Below are positions 1 through 10,990 of a stretch of 64,000 nucleotides of DNA, piece after piece. A model generated the notes under the pieces. The model saw only the letters and a program-made list of their open reading frames with translations, was not told where the DNA came from and ran no database searches. Source of the stretch: Candidatus Cloacimonadales bacterium (GTDB lineage Bacteria; Cloacimonadota; Cloacimonadia; Cloacimonadales; DAONDQ01); assembly GCA_963662275.1 (NCBI GenBank), contig OY759316.1, positions 2,720,001 to 2,784,000 of the forward strand, read 5' to 3'. A program made the translations under genes and the position numbers. Numbering within the stretch: the stretch's first letter is position 1; each line of letters starts with the position of its first letter.

Positions 1-400
1 TGTTCCAGGCTTTATCCACTTGAAGATTATCTGTTCTCACAGCATCAAAACATGTTCCTCGTGGGTAAGCCATAAAATAGTAGGCAAAATCCTCATTAGC
101 CATTGTTTTAATCTGTATCCTCACATAATCTGAAGTTTGATTATCATCACGAGTCGCATAAGCACCTGGAACAAAATTGCTATCGATTTCACATTCCCAG
201 TAAGCGTATAGATTTTTACTATCATGCCATAACCAGCAATCAGTAGCAAATGGGATTTGTTGGCGGTCAGCAGGTCCAATCCTTTCCATACCTTGTAAGT
301 GATTAGACTCTGTTTTAACTAATTCCCTTGAAAAAGGAACATCAATAGAATATATTGCTAAGACCATAACTAGAAACAATATAACAATTAAGTATTTCAT
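1..400 (-). CDS. Secreted protein, N-terminal part only (CBM9-like/DUF5916-type); runs off window start
   Basis: Manual translation from ATG at 400 (AGGAG RBS upstream): MKYLIVILFLVMVLAIYS... signal peptide, then LYAYWEC...RDD...SDYVRIQI...AYYFMAYPRG...DKAWN. Confidence 0.6.
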   Translation of the reverse strand, partial: MKYLIVILFLVMVLAIYSIDVPFSRELVKTESNHLQGMERIGPADRQQIPFATDCWLWHDSKNLYAYWECEIDSNFVPGAYATRDDNQTSDYVRIQIKTMANEDFAYYFMAYPRGTCFDAVRTDNLQVDKAWN

Positions 401-669
401 AACTGCTCCTTGCATACACATGTGTGCATTATTGATTCCATTGTGTAAATGTCAAGGGTTTTTATCCAATTCAACTATTTTCATATCCTGCTTTTATTTC
501 CTTTGCCAATGGAGTATATCTATCGTGATACTATATATGATTTTATTCAATATCGCTTGATGAGGCATATTTTTCAACTCCAATACAGAAACTCATTGAC
601 GAGAGTTTGAAATACAATTAATTCACTTCTAAAAAATAACTGCAAAATCTATCTTCAAAGGAGCATAGA

Positions 670-2151
670 ATGAAACGTGTTATCTTGTTGATCCTTATAC
701 TTAGCTTGATTATTTGTCTCCAAGCTGATAATTTCCAGAAATTCAAATCAAAAGTAGTTCTCTACCAGTTATCGAATGGAGCAACACTACTTGTCCTGGA
801 AAAACATGATGTTCCGATCGTCCATTGTATCACATTAGCGAAGGTTGGTGCTGTGAACGAAGAACCAGGTAAAACAGGGATTGCTCATATCCTTGAACAT
901 ATGGCTTTCAAGGGAACAAAAACTATCGGTACTTCGAATTATGCTGAAGAACAGAAGTTAAACGATGATGCGGATCAGATCTTTTCCCAAATCCTGTTAG
1001 CACGTAAAACAAATGCTTCTAAAGAAGTACTTGAAGAACTTCAAAAAAAACTTGATACTAAGAATGAGGAAATTTCCAAATACGTGATACCAAATGAATT
1101 CCCTGAAATCATTCAACGAAATGGTGGTACTGATCTTAATGCTGGTACAGCTATGGATATGACTCTTTACCAGGTAAGTTATCCTTCTAACCGGCTTGAA
1201 ATGTGGATGGCAATGGAAACAGATCGCTTCACCAACCCTGTGTTTCGTGAATTTTATAAAGAACGTGATGTCATTATCGAAGAGAAGCGTCTGCGTTATG
1301 ATAATTCTCCACAAGGTAAATTAATTAGTGATATTGCTGATAGTGCTTTTACTGTTCATCCATATAAACACCCGACTATTGGTTACCAGGATGATCTTGA
1401 ATCGATAACACGTCCTGATGTATATGCTTTTTTCAATAAATATTATGGCTCAGCCAACTTGGTCTTTGCCATCTACGGTGATGTGAATGCAGCAGATGTT
1501 AAAAGCTTGGCTGATAAATACTTGTCAACAATTCCAAAAAGAACACCCGTAAAGGATATTTCTATTATAGAACCACAGCAGAAGAAAGAACGTAGTTTTA
1601 CCTTAACAGAAAATGCACAGCCTATGTTCTTTATGGCATATCATATTCCATCTGAATTAAATCCTGAAAGCCCAGCTTTAGATGCTTTAGTGAATATCCT
1701 GGGACAAAGCCAGACATCTCGTCTTACAAAAAGCTTAGTTGATGATAAGAAAGTCTCGGTTGGAGCCTTTGCTTTTAAAGGATATCCCGGAACAAAATAT
1801 CCCAATCTTCTCTTAATTGGTGCTCTTCCCAGCCCTGGTCATACTGTTCAGGAATGTAAGGATGCTATTGAAATCGAAATTAATAAAATGAAAACAGAAC
1901 CCGTTTCAAAGATTGAATTGTCAGGTTATCAAAAACGAGCGCAACTACAAAACGTACAACAATTGAATGCCGGTATTTATCTCGCGATGCAATTGGCATA
2001 TTTCCAAGCTTTGAAGGGTGATTATAGTGAGGTATTCAATAAATTCGAGAAGACCAAGCAAGTTACACCGGATCAGATTCAGAAGGCAGCTCAGAAATAT
2101 CTGATAGATTCGAATACCACAATTGCTGAATTGGCAACCAAAGGAGAGTAA
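670..2151 (+). CDS. M16 family zinc peptidase (catalytic subunit)
   Basis: Signal peptide; inverted zincin motif HILEH in GIAHILEHMAFKGT; LNAGT and ERDVIIEE motifs. Confidence 0.92.
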   Translation: MKRVILLILILSLIICLQADNFQKFKSKVVLYQLSNGATLLVLEKHDVPIVHCITLAKVGAVNEEPGKTGIAHILEHMAFKGTKTIGTSNYAEEQKLNDDADQIFSQILLARKTNASKEVLEELQKKLDTKNEEISKYVIPNEFPEIIQRNGGTDLNAGTAMDMTLYQVSYPSNRLEMWMAMETDRFTNPVFREFYKERDVIIEEKRLRYDNSPQGKLISDIADSAFTVHPYKHPTIGYQDDLESITRPDVYAFFNKYYGSANLVFAIYGDVNAADVKSLADKYLSTIPKRTPVKDISIIEPQQKKERSFTLTENAQPMFFMAYHIPSELNPESPALDALVNILGQSQTSRLTKSLVDDKKVSVGAFAFKGYPGTKYPNLLLIGALPSPGHTVQECKDAIEIEINKMKTEPVSKIELSGYQKRAQLQNVQQLNAGIYLAMQLAYFQALKGDYSEVFNKFEKTKQVTPDQIQKAAQKYLIDSNTTIAELATKGE

Positions 2152-2152
2152 C

Positions 2153-4255
2153 ATGAAAAACACCAGTAAATTCCTATTACTAATTATTTTAATGTCACTC
2201 TTCTCAACATTATGCGCTGTTGATGTCCGAACGATGACTTTTGCACCTCTCCATAATATCATTCTTCCTAAAGTAGATAAAACCGTTCTTCCAAATGGAA
2301 TCACGCTTTATTTATGTGAAGATCATACTTTACCTGTGATTAATATGAGAGGTATTGTCCGAACCGGTGATGTTTTTGATCCGGTAGATAAAATCGGGCT
2401 TGCTTCAATGACCGGCAGTTTGATCGAAAGCGGTGGAGTCGGTAAATATAGCGCTAAGGAGTTTGATCAACTCCTCGATGAAAACGGTATTCGCTTCAGT
2501 TCATTCATAGGTAGTCGAAGTGGTTCTTTCGGGATGTCTTTTCTCCCAGAAGATACTCAGCTTTCGTTAAGTATTCTTAAAGCTGCATTAATAACACCTC
2601 GATTTGAAGAAGAACGACTGCAAATTCTGAAACAAGAAATGAATTCTGATATATCCCGTCGAAATGATCAAATGGATGACATTACCTTCCGAGAATTTCC
2701 CAAACTTGTATATGGATCTAATAGTCCCTATGCCCGAACATATGAATATAGAACCATTGCCAATTGTACGCGTGATGATATTATAAAGTTCCATAAGCAG
2801 TTCTATCAGCCACAAAACATCTCACTTAGTGTTATTGGTGATTTTGACACGAATACAATAACAAAAACTATCACTGATCTGTTTGCAGATTGGCAAAAAG
2901 GAAACGATCCAATACCTCAATTACCGAAAGTTGAAATCACATATGCAAAATCCATCAATTTAGTGAAACGCCCGGAAGCAAACCAAAGCTGGATACTCAT
3001 GGGACATATGGCTGAAATTACAAAGAAGAGTCCTGACTACTACCCCATGATTATGATGAACAACATACTTGGCGGAGCATTCAATAGCAGAATCTTCCAA
3101 AAATTACGTACACAAATGGGGCTTTCCTATGCTCCTGCGGGATTTTATGACATTGCCTATGATTATCCCGGGCTACTATACCTTATGTCCCAGACAAAAT
3201 CGGAAAAAACTATGGCTGCTATCCGAGCTCTCCAGGAAGTTGTTTCTGATATGCAAAAAGTTCGAGTCACAGACCAGGAATTGATGCTGGCAAAGGATAA
3301 TTTTTTAAATACTTTTGTCTTCAATTTCGATAGCAATCGGGAAGTTGTAGGACGTATGATGGAATATGATTATTATGGATACCCGATGGATTTTCTGCAA
3401 ACCATGGAAGCAGGTATTAAAAAAGTAACGAAGGAAGATGTTGATCGAGTCTCAAAACAATACTTGCATCCTAATAATCTGATAGCCCTAGTGGTAGGAA
3501 ATGATGCTGCATTTGAAGAACCATTATCATCACTCGGACCCGTCAATATTGTGGATATAAAAATACCCCCATTGAAAGCAGATTCTGTGATTGTTTCTGC
3601 AAAGGATATCTCTGCTGGTAAAGATCTGTTTGGGAAAGTATTGAAAAATATAGGTGATATCAGTAAAATCAGGAATATTCAATCTACCGGTAAAGTCCAA
3701 CAAGCTACTCCTATGGGAGACATGGATATTGATGTTGTGGTTACAATTCAGATACCCGACAAGATCAAACAGTCAATGAAAACTCCTTATGGAGATATGG
3801 ATATGATAGTCTCGGGAAACACAGGTATCATGAAAAGTCCAATGGGTAATCGTCCATTACCGGATGATGCTGTAAAACAGCTAATTGGCACTTCCCCTGA
3901 ATCCTTTTTTAGTATCGCTCTGGATAAAAATAAATTACAAATTTCGTTAGGTGCTAACCAGCAGATTGATGGAATCACATATCTGACACTCCAGTTTAAA
4001 AATGATGACATTCAATTCCAATGGTTGATTGACTCTAAAACCAATCTTCCTGCTTATGTGATTTCCACGGAAACTGGAGAAAATGGACCTGAAACCGTGC
4101 GTACTCATTTAATTGAAAACAAAGTCGTGGATGGAGTGCTTTTCACTTTCAAAAAAGAAACAACGGATAAAGACAATAAAGTCGTGTCAAAATCCGAGAT
4201 GACAGAAATTAAGACCAATATCAATATTCCTGAAGATTTTTTCTCAGTGAATTAA
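2153..4255 (+). CDS. M16 family peptidase, non-catalytic subunit with extra C-terminal beta-rich (LolA-like) domain
   Basis: LPNGITLY...KIGLAS, no HXXEH; LGGAFNSRIFQKLR..GLSY motif; ATG at 2153 after AAGGAG. Confidence 0.85.
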   Translation: MKNTSKFLLLIILMSLFSTLCAVDVRTMTFAPLHNIILPKVDKTVLPNGITLYLCEDHTLPVINMRGIVRTGDVFDPVDKIGLASMTGSLIESGGVGKYSAKEFDQLLDENGIRFSSFIGSRSGSFGMSFLPEDTQLSLSILKAALITPRFEEERLQILKQEMNSDISRRNDQMDDITFREFPKLVYGSNSPYARTYEYRTIANCTRDDIIKFHKQFYQPQNISLSVIGDFDTNTITKTITDLFADWQKGNDPIPQLPKVEITYAKSINLVKRPEANQSWILMGHMAEITKKSPDYYPMIMMNNILGGAFNSRIFQKLRTQMGLSYAPAGFYDIAYDYPGLLYLMSQTKSEKTMAAIRALQEVVSDMQKVRVTDQELMLAKDNFLNTFVFNFDSNREVVGRMMEYDYYGYPMDFLQTMEAGIKKVTKEDVDRVSKQYLHPNNLIALVVGNDAAFEEPLSSLGPVNIVDIKIPPLKADSVIVSAKDISAGKDLFGKVLKNIGDISKIRNIQSTGKVQQATPMGDMDIDVVVTIQIPDKIKQSMKTPYGDMDMIVSGNTGIMKSPMGNRPLPDDAVKQLIGTSPESFFSIALDKNKLQISLGANQQIDGITYLTLQFKNDDIQFQWLIDSKTNLPAYVISTETGENGPETVRTHLIENKVVDGVLFTFKKETTDKDNKVVSKSEMTEIKTNINIPEDFFSVN

Positions 4256-4353
4256 ATACCTGTGATAAAACTCTCTACACATGGTGTACTAGATTTTAAA
4301 TCTGGATATGCATTTGTGATGACATATTCCTGTTTCATTCAAAAGGAGGATCA

Positions 4354-4968
4354 ATGAGACGTACTATCCTTATTGCTTTAGCTTGCATTGTAATTGCTTT
4401 CATCACAAATCATTTAGCAGCCTATGATAAAAGTAAAGAAAAAATATTACATCTCGATAAGATCACAAAAATTGATGGATTCTATTGTATTGGTTGGATA
4501 AACACAACCATAGATGGGAAATTGATTTCATTTGACAGTGCTGCACCAATTTATTTAACAAGAGGAATTATTCCTACTGGCAGTAGAATTGTCTTACATC
4601 CGAATCTGAATATTCAATATGTGAGTCTGAAAAAACCTACAAGAATACAAGGTTTATTATGCGTTGGTTATGGACCGGATAGTCCTGCTATTCAATTTTT
4701 TCCTGATGGTAATTTAAAACTATGCTATCTCATTGAAGATACTTGGATAAACGGAATATTATGTCATCATGGCTACTTTTCCAGGGTTTTATTTTCCCAG
4801 AATGGAAAGCTACTTTCCTGTGAATTAGCAAAGGATCAAAAGATCGATGGAAAACTGATAAAAGCTAGGTCTTTGATAACCTTATATGAAAATGGAAAAA
4901 TAAAACTCATACGTAAGTCAAATTTTTTCAGATCATCGGTTTTTGATTTATTGGATTTAGTCTTGTAG
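4354..4968 (+). CDS. Secreted hypothetical protein with MORN-like F..NG.L repeats
   Basis: AGGAGG RBS, signal peptide, repeated FFPDGNLK/FSQNGKLL/LYENGKIK. Confidence 0.65.
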   Translation: MRRTILIALACIVIAFITNHLAAYDKSKEKILHLDKITKIDGFYCIGWINTTIDGKLISFDSAAPIYLTRGIIPTGSRIVLHPNLNIQYVSLKKPTRIQGLLCVGYGPDSPAIQFFPDGNLKLCYLIEDTWINGILCHHGYFSRVLFSQNGKLLSCELAKDQKIDGKLIKARSLITLYENGKIKLIRKSNFFRSSVFDLLDLVL

Positions 4969-5039
4969 AGACGTCAAACTTGGGCGTCTTTCCGATTACG
5001 AGTTTCTGCTGTAGAGACGTCCAACTTGGGCGTCTCTAC
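4965..5039 (+). repeat. Two GTAG-footed REP-like palindromes (GTAGAGACGTC(C/A)AACTTGGGCGTCT)
   Basis: Direct copies at 4965 and 5011; second is GTAGAGACG...CGTCTCTAC palindrome. Confidence 0.8.
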
Positions 5040-5049
5040 AAGATACTAG

Positions 5050-5619
<570 letters not shown>

Positions 5620-5627
5620 GGTAGTGA

Positions 5628-6425
5628 ATGACATCTTTTTGGGATAAGTACCAGGAGACTTTACGTCAGCATAAATCTCTTCTCTGTATAGGTTTGGATT
5701 CGGATATCAACAAAATGCCTTCAGCTCTGGCAAAAGAAGACAATCCACAGTGGATATTCAATCGGGAGATTATTGATGCCACTTACAATCAAGTTGCCTG
5801 TTATAAACCAAACCTGGCTTTTTACTTGGCAACCGGTGAAAAGGGAATGAAGGCTTTGTATCAGACTATTGCTCACGTTCCTTCCCATATTCCCGTATTG
5901 CTGGATTGTAAGGTTGGTGATATTGGAAACACAATGAGTTCATATATGAAAGCGTTTTTCCAGGATATGGGTGTAGATGCAATCACTGTCAATCCACTTA
6001 TGGGGAAGGATGTGTTTAAACCTTGTTTTGATTATCCTGGTAAAATGATTTTCTTACTGGCATTGACATCAAATCCATCAGCTATCGACTACTTGAAATT
6101 GAACTCATTGTTTCAGAATATTGCTCATGATATAGCCTTATTAGATCATACAAAGGTGGGAGCTGTTGTGGGGGCTACTCAAAGTCAAGATCTGAAACTC
6201 ATGCGCAAAATAATGCCTGATAGTCTTTTCCTGATTCCGGGAATCGGTGCCCAGGGAGGCAACCTGGCGGATGTCATGCGAGATGCTATAAAAGATAAAA
6301 CTGACCCGCGAATTCTAATCAATTCTTCAAGAAACATTATTTTTGCTGATGATAGTTCAGATTTTGCAGAGAAAGCAAATGGTGCCGCAGAAGAGTTAAG
6401 AGCTGAAATCCAGTGTTATTTATAA
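5628..6425 (+). CDS. pyrF: Orotidine-5'-phosphate decarboxylase
   Basis: LCIGLD, YKPNLAFY, LDCKVGDIGNT, VGAT, PGIGAQGG, INSSR. Confidence 0.95.
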   Translation: MTSFWDKYQETLRQHKSLLCIGLDSDINKMPSALAKEDNPQWIFNREIIDATYNQVACYKPNLAFYLATGEKGMKALYQTIAHVPSHIPVLLDCKVGDIGNTMSSYMKAFFQDMGVDAITVNPLMGKDVFKPCFDYPGKMIFLLALTSNPSAIDYLKLNSLFQNIAHDIALLDHTKVGAVVGATQSQDLKLMRKIMPDSLFLIPGIGAQGGNLADVMRDAIKDKTDPRILINSSRNIIFADDSSDFAEKANGAAEELRAEIQCYL

Positions 6426-6568
6426 GCATCCGGGAGTCTAAAATTCCCACAACAATCCTTTGGTTATTTGTTAACTGAAAGTTAATTTCGGACTCATGGA
6501 TCGTTTTTAAATTGTATTCGATTCTGAACTTTCCTGAAAACAGGTTTTCGCTACCGAGGATGAAAGCT

Positions 6569-6691
6569 GAGTTCTCCGAGTGAACAGATTTATCTATTTG
6601 TATCGAGGAGACGACATTGCACAACCTTATAGGGACACATTGGGTCATTTCGATACAATTTCTCCTTCGTCGAAATCACTCAATGAACCGG
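6569..6691 (-). repeat. 123-bp dispersed repeat, copy 1
   Basis: Reverse complement of 16629-16751 with 3 mismatches. Confidence 0.9.
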
Positions 6692-6783
6692 CTCTCAGCT
6701 TTCATCTAAAGTCCATTTGCACTTTTAGTCAGTTGTTTTTTATTAGTTTAGATAGGACAAATGAACTCCAGAATCTTAGTCAT

Positions 6784-6818
6784 AAAAAAACCCACGCAAT
6801 TGCGTGGGTTTCTTTTTT
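6784..6818. terminator. Bidirectional intrinsic terminator
   Basis: AAAAAAACCCACGC-AATT-GCGTGGGTTTCTTTTT between convergent genes. Confidence 0.8.
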
Positions 6819-6868
6819 ATTCAAAAAGTTGGTTTAACCGGTTGGCGAGTTAAATCCTCGATTTTGGT

Positions 6869-7141
6869 TTAATAACCGCGATAGTTCGAACGGGGTCTGC
6901 TATCACGCTGCATCGGACGGGCTTCATCAACCTTAAGGGTTCTTCCGCCAAATTCGATACCATTTACTTCATCTTTTGCCTTTAAAGCATCTTCTGGTGT
7001 TGCCATTTCGACAAAGCCAAAGCCTTTGCCTTCAATAACAGTTGCATTCTTCACTTCGCCATACTGTGAAAAAAGCTGTTCCAGCTCTTCACTTGTGGTT
7101 GCGTAATTTAAATTGCCGACATATAGTCTGCTACCTTGCAT
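6869..7141 (-). CDS. RRM RNA-binding protein
   Basis: RNP2 LYVGNL and RNP1 KGFGFVEM; LKVDEARP. Confidence 0.95.
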   Translation of the reverse strand: MQGSRLYVGNLNYATTSEELEQLFSQYGEVKNATVIEGKGFGFVEMATPEDALKAKDEVNGIEFGGRTLKVDEARPMQRDSRPRSNYRGY

Positions 7142-7428
7142 TGTTCCTCCATGTTACGTCTCGAAAATAATGTGATTTGAGGGTTGCAAGCATAGCAATC
7201 CGAACCTGACATTATTAAACGAGCGAGTTTTCATTATTATTGATTCACTTCGCTCTTCGCGAATCCAACCTACACCAAAATAATATAACGCATTTCCTTG
7301 TAAAGCTTTATTTTATTTTATACTATCTTTCACTTATCTCACATTTATTTTCTCGAGGATTTTCTTTGACTTTCAAAAAAAAATAGTCATTATATAGATA
7401 TTAAATAAATTTCAAGGAGAAAATCATC

Positions 7429-7887
7429 ATGGAAATCAACCAGGAAATGCTGAAGCAAATTCACCAAAAACTTGCTTCTGACTTATTTAACTCTGTGTGG
7501 TCATACCTTGATAAAATTGACCGCACCCCAAGTGAAGATGCAGAGATGATTCATTTCGCCCATGCTTCCCTCTTCCACTGGATGCAGATTGGTACGAAAG
7601 AGAATGTGTATACTGGTGAATGGCAAATTTCCCGGGTTTATGCAACACTGCATTTGTCACAATCTGCCCTCTACCATGCAGAAAGAGCGCTTCAGATCTG
7701 CCTGGATCACGGATTCACTGGTTTTAATCTTGGTTATGCCTATGAAGCTATGGCACGCACCTTTATGATAGATAATGAAGATGATCTAAAAAACAAATAT
7801 TTGAAGCTGGCACAGAAGGAAGCTGAGAAAATCGAGAACCTCGAATATAAAAGCATGTTACTGGATGATTTGAAGACGATCGTATAA
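7429..7887 (+). CDS. Conserved hypothetical helical protein
   Basis: AAGGAG RBS; FNSVW..L.K.DRT..ED.EMIH.AHAS.FHW, GEWQISRVY, YAYEAMAR. Confidence 0.75.
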   Translation: MEINQEMLKQIHQKLASDLFNSVWSYLDKIDRTPSEDAEMIHFAHASLFHWMQIGTKENVYTGEWQISRVYATLHLSQSALYHAERALQICLDHGFTGFNLGYAYEAMARTFMIDNEDDLKNKYLKLAQKEAEKIENLEYKSMLLDDLKTIV

Positions 7888-7948
7888 CTATTCGGCAGCT
7901 CATCCTTCAGGCTTGGTGGAAATGACTTTAGGCGTTCTAAGATAATAC

Positions 7949-8070
7949 CAGTTTCAATCCTATTTCATACCTGTTTCAATCCTGTTTCATTCCTGTTTCA
8001 TTCCTGTTTCGTCAAACTGGTTTGAGATTGGTATGAGATTGGTATGAGAGTGATTTGGGATTGGATAGAG
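7949..8070. repeat. 11-mer tandem repeats (CCTGTTTCATT-like) followed by inverted GAGATTGGTAT-like units
   Basis: About 6 degenerate units, then about 4 of opposite polarity. Confidence 0.7.
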
Positions 8071-8489
8071 CTTGGTATTAATAATGTGGGTCAATATCAA
8101 TGTTTTGATATCATTCCAGATCATACAAATCATATCGATGTTGGATTTCAAATCTCTAATGCCTTTTTTACTAACTCAAAGATGAAGGAGATTTGGAATT
8201 CAACCACATATTTAGCAGCGTATTCATAATACGGTTTTGAACTTCCCTCAAAACAGGTTTTCGCTACCGATGATGAAAATGTCGGTTTGAAGTCCATTTT
8301 CCCTTTTAGCCAGTTGGTAATTGATAGTTTTGCTTGGGAAATTGAACTCCAAACTTTAACTTTCATATAAACATCAAACTCTTGGCTTTCATATAAAGCC
8401 CACATATAGCATCAGATTTGAATAAACTCGAATTTCCTTGACAGGATAAAAAAGACAGTTTCTTTCAACCAAAGCATAAGGAGGAACTA

Positions 8490-8660
8490 ATGGCTGTAAA
8501 AATTGATAAGGATACATGCATCGGTTGTGGTGCTTGTGTAGATGTCTGCCCAGTTTCTGCATTGAGTCTTGTGGATGATAAAGCTACCTGTGATGCAGAT
8601 GTTTGCATCGACTGCGGAGCTTGCATCCCTACTTGCCCTGTCTCTGCGATCACTGCATAA
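8490..8660 (+). CDS. 2x[4Fe-4S] clostridial-type ferredoxin (56 aa; absent from ORF track)
   Basis: AAGGAGG RBS; MAVKIDKDTCIGCGACVDVCPVSALSLVDDKATCDADVCIDCGACIPTCPVSAITA, two CxxCxxCxxxCP motifs. Confidence 0.97.
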   Translation: MAVKIDKDTCIGCGACVDVCPVSALSLVDDKATCDADVCIDCGACIPTCPVSAITA

Positions 8661-8681
8661 ACCAAGCTTTTTCTGTTAATT

Positions 8682-8709
8682 AGGTCGATAATGATTATCG
8701 ACCTTTTTT
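8682..8709 (+). terminator. Intrinsic terminator after ferredoxin
   Basis: AGGTCGATAAT-G-ATTATCGACCT followed by T-run. Confidence 0.8.
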
Positions 8710-8902
8710 GTTGGGATGCAAAACTCCGATTTGGCATAAGCAAATCGGGGTTAGACAACCCCTTCCATTAACGGCTTAACAAGCTGTGATACATGGCATA
8801 TTCACCGTTCGCACTTCGTACTTTGAAGTAATTCTTGACAATTTATGATGATGTTCCATAAAGCTTATTAGCTCCAGAATAATTCTATATATGAGGGTCT
8901 TA

Positions 8903-9835
8903 ATGAATAAAAAAGTAATTGTCCTTTCTGGTGGAATATCTGAAGAGAGAGATGTTTCTCTCGTTTCCGGCAAGGAAATCGCCACTGGTCTGGTAAATCA
9001 AGGCTTCGAAGTGAAGATGATTGATCCTGCTGCGTATTCCAGTTATACTGAGATGCTAACTGACATTAAATCTCATCATCCCTACATCGTTTTCAATGGA
9101 TTGCATGGAGCATCAGGAGAAGACGGCAGAATCCAGGCATTACTAGAATTGGAGAACATACCTTTTACCGGTTCAGGATTCCATGCTTGTGCTCTTGCTA
9201 TGGATAAACTCAGTTCAAAGCTCCTGGCTAAGGAAGCTGGCGCCCCAGTGCCGGATTACAGATTATTATATGAGAAAGATAACGAATCAATCATGAAGAT
9301 CATCAAGGATTTGGAATTTCCTCTTGTTATCAAGCCGAATAGCTCAGGTTCGTCCTGTGGCGTATCCATTATTTTCGAAGCAGATCAACTGCTGCCGGCA
9401 GTCGATTTAGCGATGCAATTCGGAATTCCTATTCTTTGTGAAAAATACATCGCAGGTAGAGAACTCACAGTTACCATTTTAGATGATGAACCATTACCTG
9501 TGGTTGAGATCACACCTATCGATGGCTGGTATGATTATCACCATAAATATAAAAAAGGAAATTCCATTTACGAAGTGCCTGCCAAGCTAACTGATACTGA
9601 GATTACAACAATCCAGGGACTGGCTTTAGCTATACATCGTATCTTGGGATGCCATACCTATTCAAGAGTCGATTTCAGGTATGATAGTAATCAGTTTTAC
9701 TATCTCGAGAGTAACACTCTACCGGGAATGACCCCGCTCAGCCTGACTCCAAAGGCTGCAAAAGCAGCCGGAATCCAGTTTGAAGACTTACTGAACAGGA
9801 TCATTCGCATTTCCCTGCAACGAAAAACACAATAA
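8903..9835 (+). CDS. ddl: D-alanine--D-alanine ligase
   Basis: GGISEERDVSL.SG, LHGASGEDG.IQ, GSSCGV, YDYHHKY, RVDF, ESNTLPGMT. Confidence 0.96.
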   Translation: MNKKVIVLSGGISEERDVSLVSGKEIATGLVNQGFEVKMIDPAAYSSYTEMLTDIKSHHPYIVFNGLHGASGEDGRIQALLELENIPFTGSGFHACALAMDKLSSKLLAKEAGAPVPDYRLLYEKDNESIMKIIKDLEFPLVIKPNSSGSSCGVSIIFEADQLLPAVDLAMQFGIPILCEKYIAGRELTVTILDDEPLPVVEITPIDGWYDYHHKYKKGNSIYEVPAKLTDTEITTIQGLALAIHRILGCHTYSRVDFRYDSNQFYYLESNTLPGMTPLSLTPKAAKAAGIQFEDLLNRIIRISLQRKTQ

Positions 9836-9851
9836 AATACATGGAGGAGTA

Positions 9852-10979
9852 ATGAAAAAACTGTTTCTGTTTTTTTTACTGGTCATCAGTTTCCCATTTT
9901 TATGGGCACTCGATGGAAACTCGATAACTTTGAGCTTAACTCAACATAATGGATTCTTCAATTACATGAATGCATCCAACTTTGATCCTGAGAATCCGAA
10001 TAATCAACCCCAGCTATTTATTGGGAAAGTTCAGAATAATACGAGTTCCCCTATTGATTACAAATTATATATGAAAATGACTTGGAATAGCTCAAGATTG
10101 TTTGAAACTTGGTTACCGGCTATAAATCCAATTAGTACGATACCTCTAACTATTCCAAATCAAACTTTATTGAATTCAGTTGGTTCAACTCTATTTGGTG
10201 AACCTTCACCAGCTTTAAGCCTTAGTGATATTTTAGATAGTAATCCGGATTTAAAGGATGCTATCCTACACACTGGACGTTTTCCAGATGGAATTTACCA
10301 TTTCTATGTCCAAGCTCAATCAACTAACTCTGGACCCAGCAATCAAACACCATATTCGAATCTTCTCGATATTAATTTTGAGATTCGAAATGCAAATGCG
10401 ATTTATTTACAGCGTCCTGGTGTACAATTAGGTGGTATGGTACCTTCCATTAGTAATCTACCCCTCACTTTTGCCTGGAATTCCAATCTTGCTGGTTTGC
10501 TGCAAGATGGTTTTGGTAAATTCACTCTCACGATCCGTGAATTCAATCAAGTGGAAGATCTTCAGTTGGATACTGTCGAAAATGGACAATTGTTTACGGT
10601 TATTCCAGATATCGATGGATCTATGTATTCGAATTATATCTCATTGCAGAATGGAAAATATTATGCTTGGCAGATATCTACACCCTTATCAAATCCGGAC
10701 ACTTCTAATCCATCCAGCGCACCTCTTTTAAAAAGCCCCTGGTATGTGTTCAAATTCGTGAATGAAGGCTCATCTCAAGGAAGTACTTCTGAAGATGAAT
10801 TGGTAATCATTCTGACAAATCTGAATAATTCCGGAATTAGTGGCTTATTAAATAATGGCTTCCAACCCACAGGAACAGTATGGATGGGCGAAAAGCTTTA
10901 TTCTGGCAGCAGTGCTTTACAGCAATTGCAAAGTATCTCAGGTAAAACGATTAAAAGTATCACCGTTAGTGATGAATAA
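9852..10979 (+). CDS. Secreted hypothetical protein (Ig/Fn3-like beta-sandwiches)
   Basis: GGAGGAG RBS, signal peptide, LQNGKYYAWQI Fn3-like strand. Confidence 0.7.
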   Translation: MKKLFLFFLLVISFPFLWALDGNSITLSLTQHNGFFNYMNASNFDPENPNNQPQLFIGKVQNNTSSPIDYKLYMKMTWNSSRLFETWLPAINPISTIPLTIPNQTLLNSVGSTLFGEPSPALSLSDILDSNPDLKDAILHTGRFPDGIYHFYVQAQSTNSGPSNQTPYSNLLDINFEIRNANAIYLQRPGVQLGGMVPSISNLPLTFAWNSNLAGLLQDGFGKFTLTIREFNQVEDLQLDTVENGQLFTVIPDIDGSMYSNYISLQNGKYYAWQISTPLSNPDTSNPSSAPLLKSPWYVFKFVNEGSSQGSTSEDELVIILTNLNNSGISGLLNNGFQPTGTVWMGEKLYSGSSALQQLQSISGKTIKSITVSDE

Positions 10980-10990
10980 GGGAGATAATA

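Noticed and set aside
8148..8405. Paralogous small ORFs 8148-8405 and 29112-29345 (KVWSSISQ...KGKMDFKP)
   Set aside because: The similarity comes from the shared palindromic DNA repeat; other copies do not keep the frame
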